Assembly: GCF_030539875.1 (NCBI RefSeq)
Contig: NZ_JAUNXI010000004.1
Span: 19,575 to 83,574, forward strand
Origin: Methanobrevibacter sp.
GTDB taxonomy: Archaea; Methanobacteriota; Methanobacteria; Methanobacteriales; Methanobacteriaceae
Length of the DNA: 64,000 nucleotides
Direction: 5' to 3'
The translations under genes and the position numbers were made by a program. Positions 62,101 to 64,000 of this stretch are shown one piece after another. The notes under the pieces are model-generated. The model was given only the letters and a program-made list of their open reading frames with translations. It did no database searches and was not told the DNA's origin. How positions within the stretch are numbered: position 1 is the first letter of the stretch; every line of letters begins with the position of its first letter.

Positions 62101-62329
62101 AGTTTAAAACATCTCCTTCTTTCATACTATCAATTGTATTTTGAATGTCCTTGCTTGAAGCGCCAGGTAAAATAGTATGTTCTGCATATGTTAAAACATC
62201 GTCATTTCCAATAGCTAAGTTATCATTATTATCTTCTATGTTGCTTGCATCTTCTGCGAATACTGCGCTTGAACTTAAACATAGAAAGAATACTAATAAA
62301 ATAGCCAATATAAATTTCCTATTTATCAT
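59132..62329 (-). CDS. adhesin-like protein with duplicated NosD/pectate-lyase-like beta-helix
   Basis: Signal peptide; two similar modules about 345 aa apart (NHGIDVRHGTGPNV twice); Lys-rich Ig-like tail. Confidence 0.92.
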   Translation of the reverse strand: MINRKFILAILLVFFLCLSSSAVFAEDASNIEDNNDNLAIGNDDVLTYAEHTILPGASSKDIQNTIDSMKEGDVLNFEKGTYNDVCIYVNKSISIKGNGATLVGYDTPSTNNTPSIITNKTADGGYGISNFATLYVINAANVTIKGLTIIGGANSASNYQNALVYVKSSDNLTFMENTLDGSSWGINLQSSNKGIIKNNTIQNQAVTGLLNFGSKATVIERNKFINAKNHGIDVRHGTGPNVQVINNTVIGSKEGIYLMHSKNHTAAYNKLINCTISSISCYGSSNIKIYNNTMSKSRIGVLLGGGHSNINISENEYKLDQLPYPPTFVYYIAESQSAYQSATNIMGTHSDSSSNNQPYIPYSEIATPDDINIDYDSLLAITGNTYVISEGASSAEIQSIINSMQNGDSLIFAKNAVYNDISIYTDKNIKIIGNNATLIGYDNANIENIPEKIKNKTANGGYGISNPAVLYSINNTNVVIANLNIVSKYPKYNPNTVLSNPSEYKTVGIRTQNSPNIAIINCNIDGASWGIYLEYCGKAIVANNYISNQYTTGILNFGTPNSIITRNTIKNAANHGIDVRHGTGPNVTVFNNTVIGAKEGIYLMHSQGHNVYNNTIIDAKISGITAYGSGNENIFNNTISGSRIGIMLGGGYYNVTIGTNTYKLDSLQFPPTFATYLAKAEGKYQSYEKAIGIYSNYKDTVLNAEPIETTAKNVILEVTLTTSDGESLENQKVTITIDNVQYNETTDENGKVRFSLALDYGKHAVSMSYAGFENYAKTSGKTSITVKEASITSAISIIEVNGNGNIVGVLKDSNGNAIAKAVISYSSNNGNATVKTNSEGKFTISNVNGKVEMKYAGSKTIAGTSADITLTNVSPAPVASTIYAKDLVVYAGNTGKLAITLKDSNGKPLANKAITVIIDGTTKKDVKTDEKGVAYLSLKYSSAGSHNIVAYFAGDDATKSSLDTAKITVNKKATALTLAKKTFKASVKTKNVQITLKTGKTVLKNKKVTLKVNGKTYTAKTNNKGVALFKITKLTKKGTYKYTVKFAGDGAYKPCSKSNNIVVKK

Positions 62330-62701
62330 AATCTCACTTTAATATTAATATTCATAAATCCTTGCTTATCTAATCCATACTGAATTTAATCGATATGCAA
62401 TTATATTATATTTGTATTTTTCATATTATTTAAATTCTAATATCTTGATTATTGGCTATGCTGCTGACAATATTGTCATTTCTTTCTAAATTTCATTGAT
62501 AAAATATATATTGTTGAAAAATGAAATATTATACTAATAATCGATATCAATATTTACTCAATTCGGTAATATTTTGCCGTTAAAATTGGGTTAATTTAAT
62601 GATTATTCAAATCAATATTACATTAAGTTTATATGGATTGCTTATGCGATATTGATTTGTGCATTGAAATGATTATAAGAATAATGTCGTGAGGTTGGAT
62701 T

Positions 62702-64000
62702 ATGAATAAAAAAGTTTTAAATCTTTTTTTCATATGTTTTATAAGCTTATTTCTTATTTCAGCTGTTGGTGCGGTAGAGGACAATTCAAGCAATAAAACT
62801 TCTACTTATCAAATCACATCAGCAATTTCAAATGATGAAATTCAATCTATGTTTGACAATGCAAATGATGGAGATACCTTTAAATTTACCAATTACACTT
62901 ATAAGGGCATTTCTTTAGTTGTAGATAAAAGAATCAATATTGTTTCAAATAAAACTGCAACCATTTATGCATCAAATAGTGTAAGTGATAAGGCTAAAAG
63001 TTTAGGGATAAGCGAAACCTTCGGATTTTACTTTACATCAAATGCCGCTGGAAGTGTTTTATCCGGAATTAGGATTATTGCAGATTCTTGTGACCATGCT
63101 GTTGTTGTTAATGGTGCTGATAATATCACTATTAAAGACAGCAGGATTGTTAAAGGTGAAAATTCTGTTTTAATTAAAAATTCCCAAAATATTAATTTAA
63201 GCAATAATGATATTTCGGGAGCTGCAAAAAATGGTGTTCAACTTCAGAATGTAAAGAACTGCAGTATCTCAAATAACAATATTCACAATAACAAGAGGTC
63301 AGGTGTTGAAACTTCCCATATATATGATTCTAATATTTTAAGGAATAATATACATCACAACGGTTTCAACGGAATTTCAATGTATGATGTTTCAAGTGGA
63401 AATGTGATTAAATATAATACAGTTCACAATAATACAAATGGTATTTACATTGACTGTACAACTATAAATGACATAATCATGGCAAATACTTTTTCATATA
63501 ACCGCAATGATCCGTCATGTGAACTGGGAGGTTCTGAAACAGGTAACGGTCTTTTGTTCGGAGAGCATTTTAAAACTCCAAAAAAAGACGGAAGATTGCT
63601 TGTTAAAAATAATGCCCTGATTCATAATGAAAATTTCCAAGCTAAAAACAATCCGTTTAATGAAGTTTTTAAACTTGACCAGAATTATTTTGATTCAACA
63701 GATGGTGAAGACACTTTTATATGCCCAATGCTTCTTGCAAAAATTTTAAAACTTAATGCTATTACAATACAGGATGGTATTGGTATTCAATTAGAAGATG
63801 AGGATGGAAATATAATCAGTGATGCTCCTGCCTTTGATTTAGGTGAGGTTGAAGTAGACGGCAATAAGTATACTGTCAAAATGGACAATGACGGCATTGC
63901 TAAAATTCAATCAAAAGATATTGAACCTAATACTGAGCACAATGTTAAAATAACCATTGGAGATAGGATAAAAAAAGTCATTGAACAAATTGTTAAATCA
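62702..64000 (+). CDS. adhesin-like beta-helix protein, 5' part (runs off window)
   Basis: Not in the ORF track; MNKKVLNLFFICFISLFLISAVGA signal after GAGGT, then beta-helix repeats (NNIHNNKRSGV, NTVHNNTNGIY). Confidence 0.85.
   Translation, partial: MNKKVLNLFFICFISLFLISAVGAVEDNSSNKTSTYQITSAISNDEIQSMFDNANDGDTFKFTNYTYKGISLVVDKRINIVSNKTATIYASNSVSDKAKSLGISETFGFYFTSNAAGSVLSGIRIIADSCDHAVVVNGADNITIKDSRIVKGENSVLIKNSQNINLSNNDISGAAKNGVQLQNVKNCSISNNNIHNNKRSGVETSHIYDSNILRNNIHHNGFNGISMYDVSSGNVIKYNTVHNNTNGIYIDCTTINDIIMANTFSYNRNDPSCELGGSETGNGLLFGEHFKTPKKDGRLLVKNNALIHNENFQAKNNPFNEVFKLDQNYFDSTDGEDTFICPMLLAKILKLNAITIQDGIGIQLEDEDGNIISDAPAFDLGEVEVDGNKYTVKMDNDGIAKIQSKDIEPNTEHNVKITIGDRIKKVIEQIVKS

Noticed and set aside
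360-62342. Numerous short ORFs in the track nested in or antisense to long genes (e.g. 1676, 7045, 10783, 38294, 44838, 59259)
   Set aside because: Shadow frames of well-supported genes, with no RBS or motifs

Overview
AT-rich archaeal DNA, almost certainly Methanobrevibacter (Methanobacteriales), judged from the Eha operon, cofC, egsA, eL15 and the adhesin-like proteins. Layout: (i) 1-26.9 kb is mostly core: XRE-cupin/acyl-CoA synthetase/vorC-vorB, the complete ehaA-T hydrogenase operon, a YhhQ-type transporter, uracil permease-upp, a 2TM-2TM-LytTR-DUF3021 operon, a J-domain/HIRAN pair and rpl15e. (ii) About 27-50 kb is an accessory region with adhesins, zinc-ribbon proteins, three ATPase paralogues that each have their own operator array, an ACR3-like exporter, a damaged tyrosine integrase, a decayed RelE toxin and metal P-type ATPases. 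(iii) 52-64 kb is core again (ABC transporter, thiD, cofC, proS, egsA, rpiA) followed by two adhesins. The most novel-looking signal is absent from the ORF track: five same-strand copies of an element whose RBS-preceded start reads ATG-AAA-ACT-CAY (MKTH; one copy has a 1-nt deletion here). Three copies encode intact 17-23 aa hydrophobic peptides, all five have an RBS-occluding stem, and three have a TATA-like box on the opposite strand exactly 65 nt after the ATG. This is the architecture of a type I (antisense RNA) toxin-antitoxin family, and the divergent fifth copy looks like a leader peptide/attenuator. Other highlights: an archaeal LytTR regulatory system with a 9-12-9 direct repeat upstream of its TATA box, a DtxR/SirR-like box regulon including a P1B-6 ATPase, a probable ATT start codon, and a 73-bp hairpin insertion that cuts off a His-rich ATPase tail. 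No rRNA, tRNA or CRISPR array was seen. All family assignments are by eye and no database search was run.
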